Source of the DNA: Chiloscyllium plagiosum
Taxonomy: Eukaryota
DNA: 64,000 nucleotides
Assembly (NCBI RefSeq): GCF_004010195.1
Contig: NC_057747.1
Coordinates: 3,478,345-3,542,344, forward strand
Direction of reading: 5' to 3'
The number at the start of each line of letters is the position of its first letter. The stretch's first letter is position 1. Positions 63,601 through 64,000 of the stretch are shown here, piece by piece. The position numbers and the translations under genes are program-made. Under the pieces are notes generated by a model. The model was not told the DNA's origin, did not search any database, and saw nothing but the letters and a program-made list of their open reading frames with translations.

Positions 63601-63785
63601 TTATCATTCACTCCAGCTCCACAAGCTCTTAGTGCAAAATGATAATAAACCTCAGTACCTTCTCAACCAGCAGTTAGAGTTACTTTTTGACACTGAACAG
63701 TGCTGTGTGCAGTTATCACAATTTTTTTTTGTCTAGTTAAATTGGGTGTTATTTTATTTTAAATTTGACACTGGAGTGGAAAAGA

Positions 63786-64000
63786 GGGAGGTGATGGCTT
63801 AGCGGGATTATCTATTGGCTATTAATTCAGAGGCCCAGGTAATGTTCTGTGGACCCGGGTTTGAATCTCACATATGGTGGGTCTTGAACTCAATAAAAAT
63901 CTAGTATCAAGACTCTAATAATGATGATGAAATCATTGCCAATTATGAGAAAAACCTGTCTGGTTCACTAATGCCCCTTAGAATAGGAAACTGCCATCCT
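63786..64000 (+). mobile_element. tRNA-derived SINE, same family as 27568-28341, cut by the window edge
   Basis: GGGAGGTGATGGCTTAGCGG...GGACCCGGGTTTGAATCTC A-box/B-box head. Confidence 0.75.

Overview
Eukaryotic (vertebrate) genomic DNA, by inference from a cartilaginous fish (shark): it is dense in HE1-type V-SINEs, CR1-clade LINE fragments, Deu-domain SINEs and Penelope-like elements, with six N-gaps. The only host gene is the 3' half of a Pax2/5/8-family transcription factor on the minus strand, most similar to PAX2. Five GT-AG coding exons (56548-56723, 43646-43772, 20223-20324, 5666-5752, 1910-1986) splice in frame into about 189 aa ending ...AATAYDRH*. The paired-box and octapeptide exons lie beyond the right edge, and the 3'UTR probably runs off the left edge. 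Main findings: (1) a dual-coding last exon whose internal acceptor 19 nt downstream gives a second, apparently conserved C-terminus (...KLQDESLGLHIVPV*); (2) two families of short fold-back Penelope-derived elements with 9-16 nt TSDs and minimal hammerhead-ribozyme cores; (3) three local inverted duplications, one a two-donor templated insertion inside a SINE; (4) several TE-free, homeodomain-site-rich intronic blocks that are candidate conserved enhancers. All comparisons to human proteins and repeat families are from memory, not from a database search.
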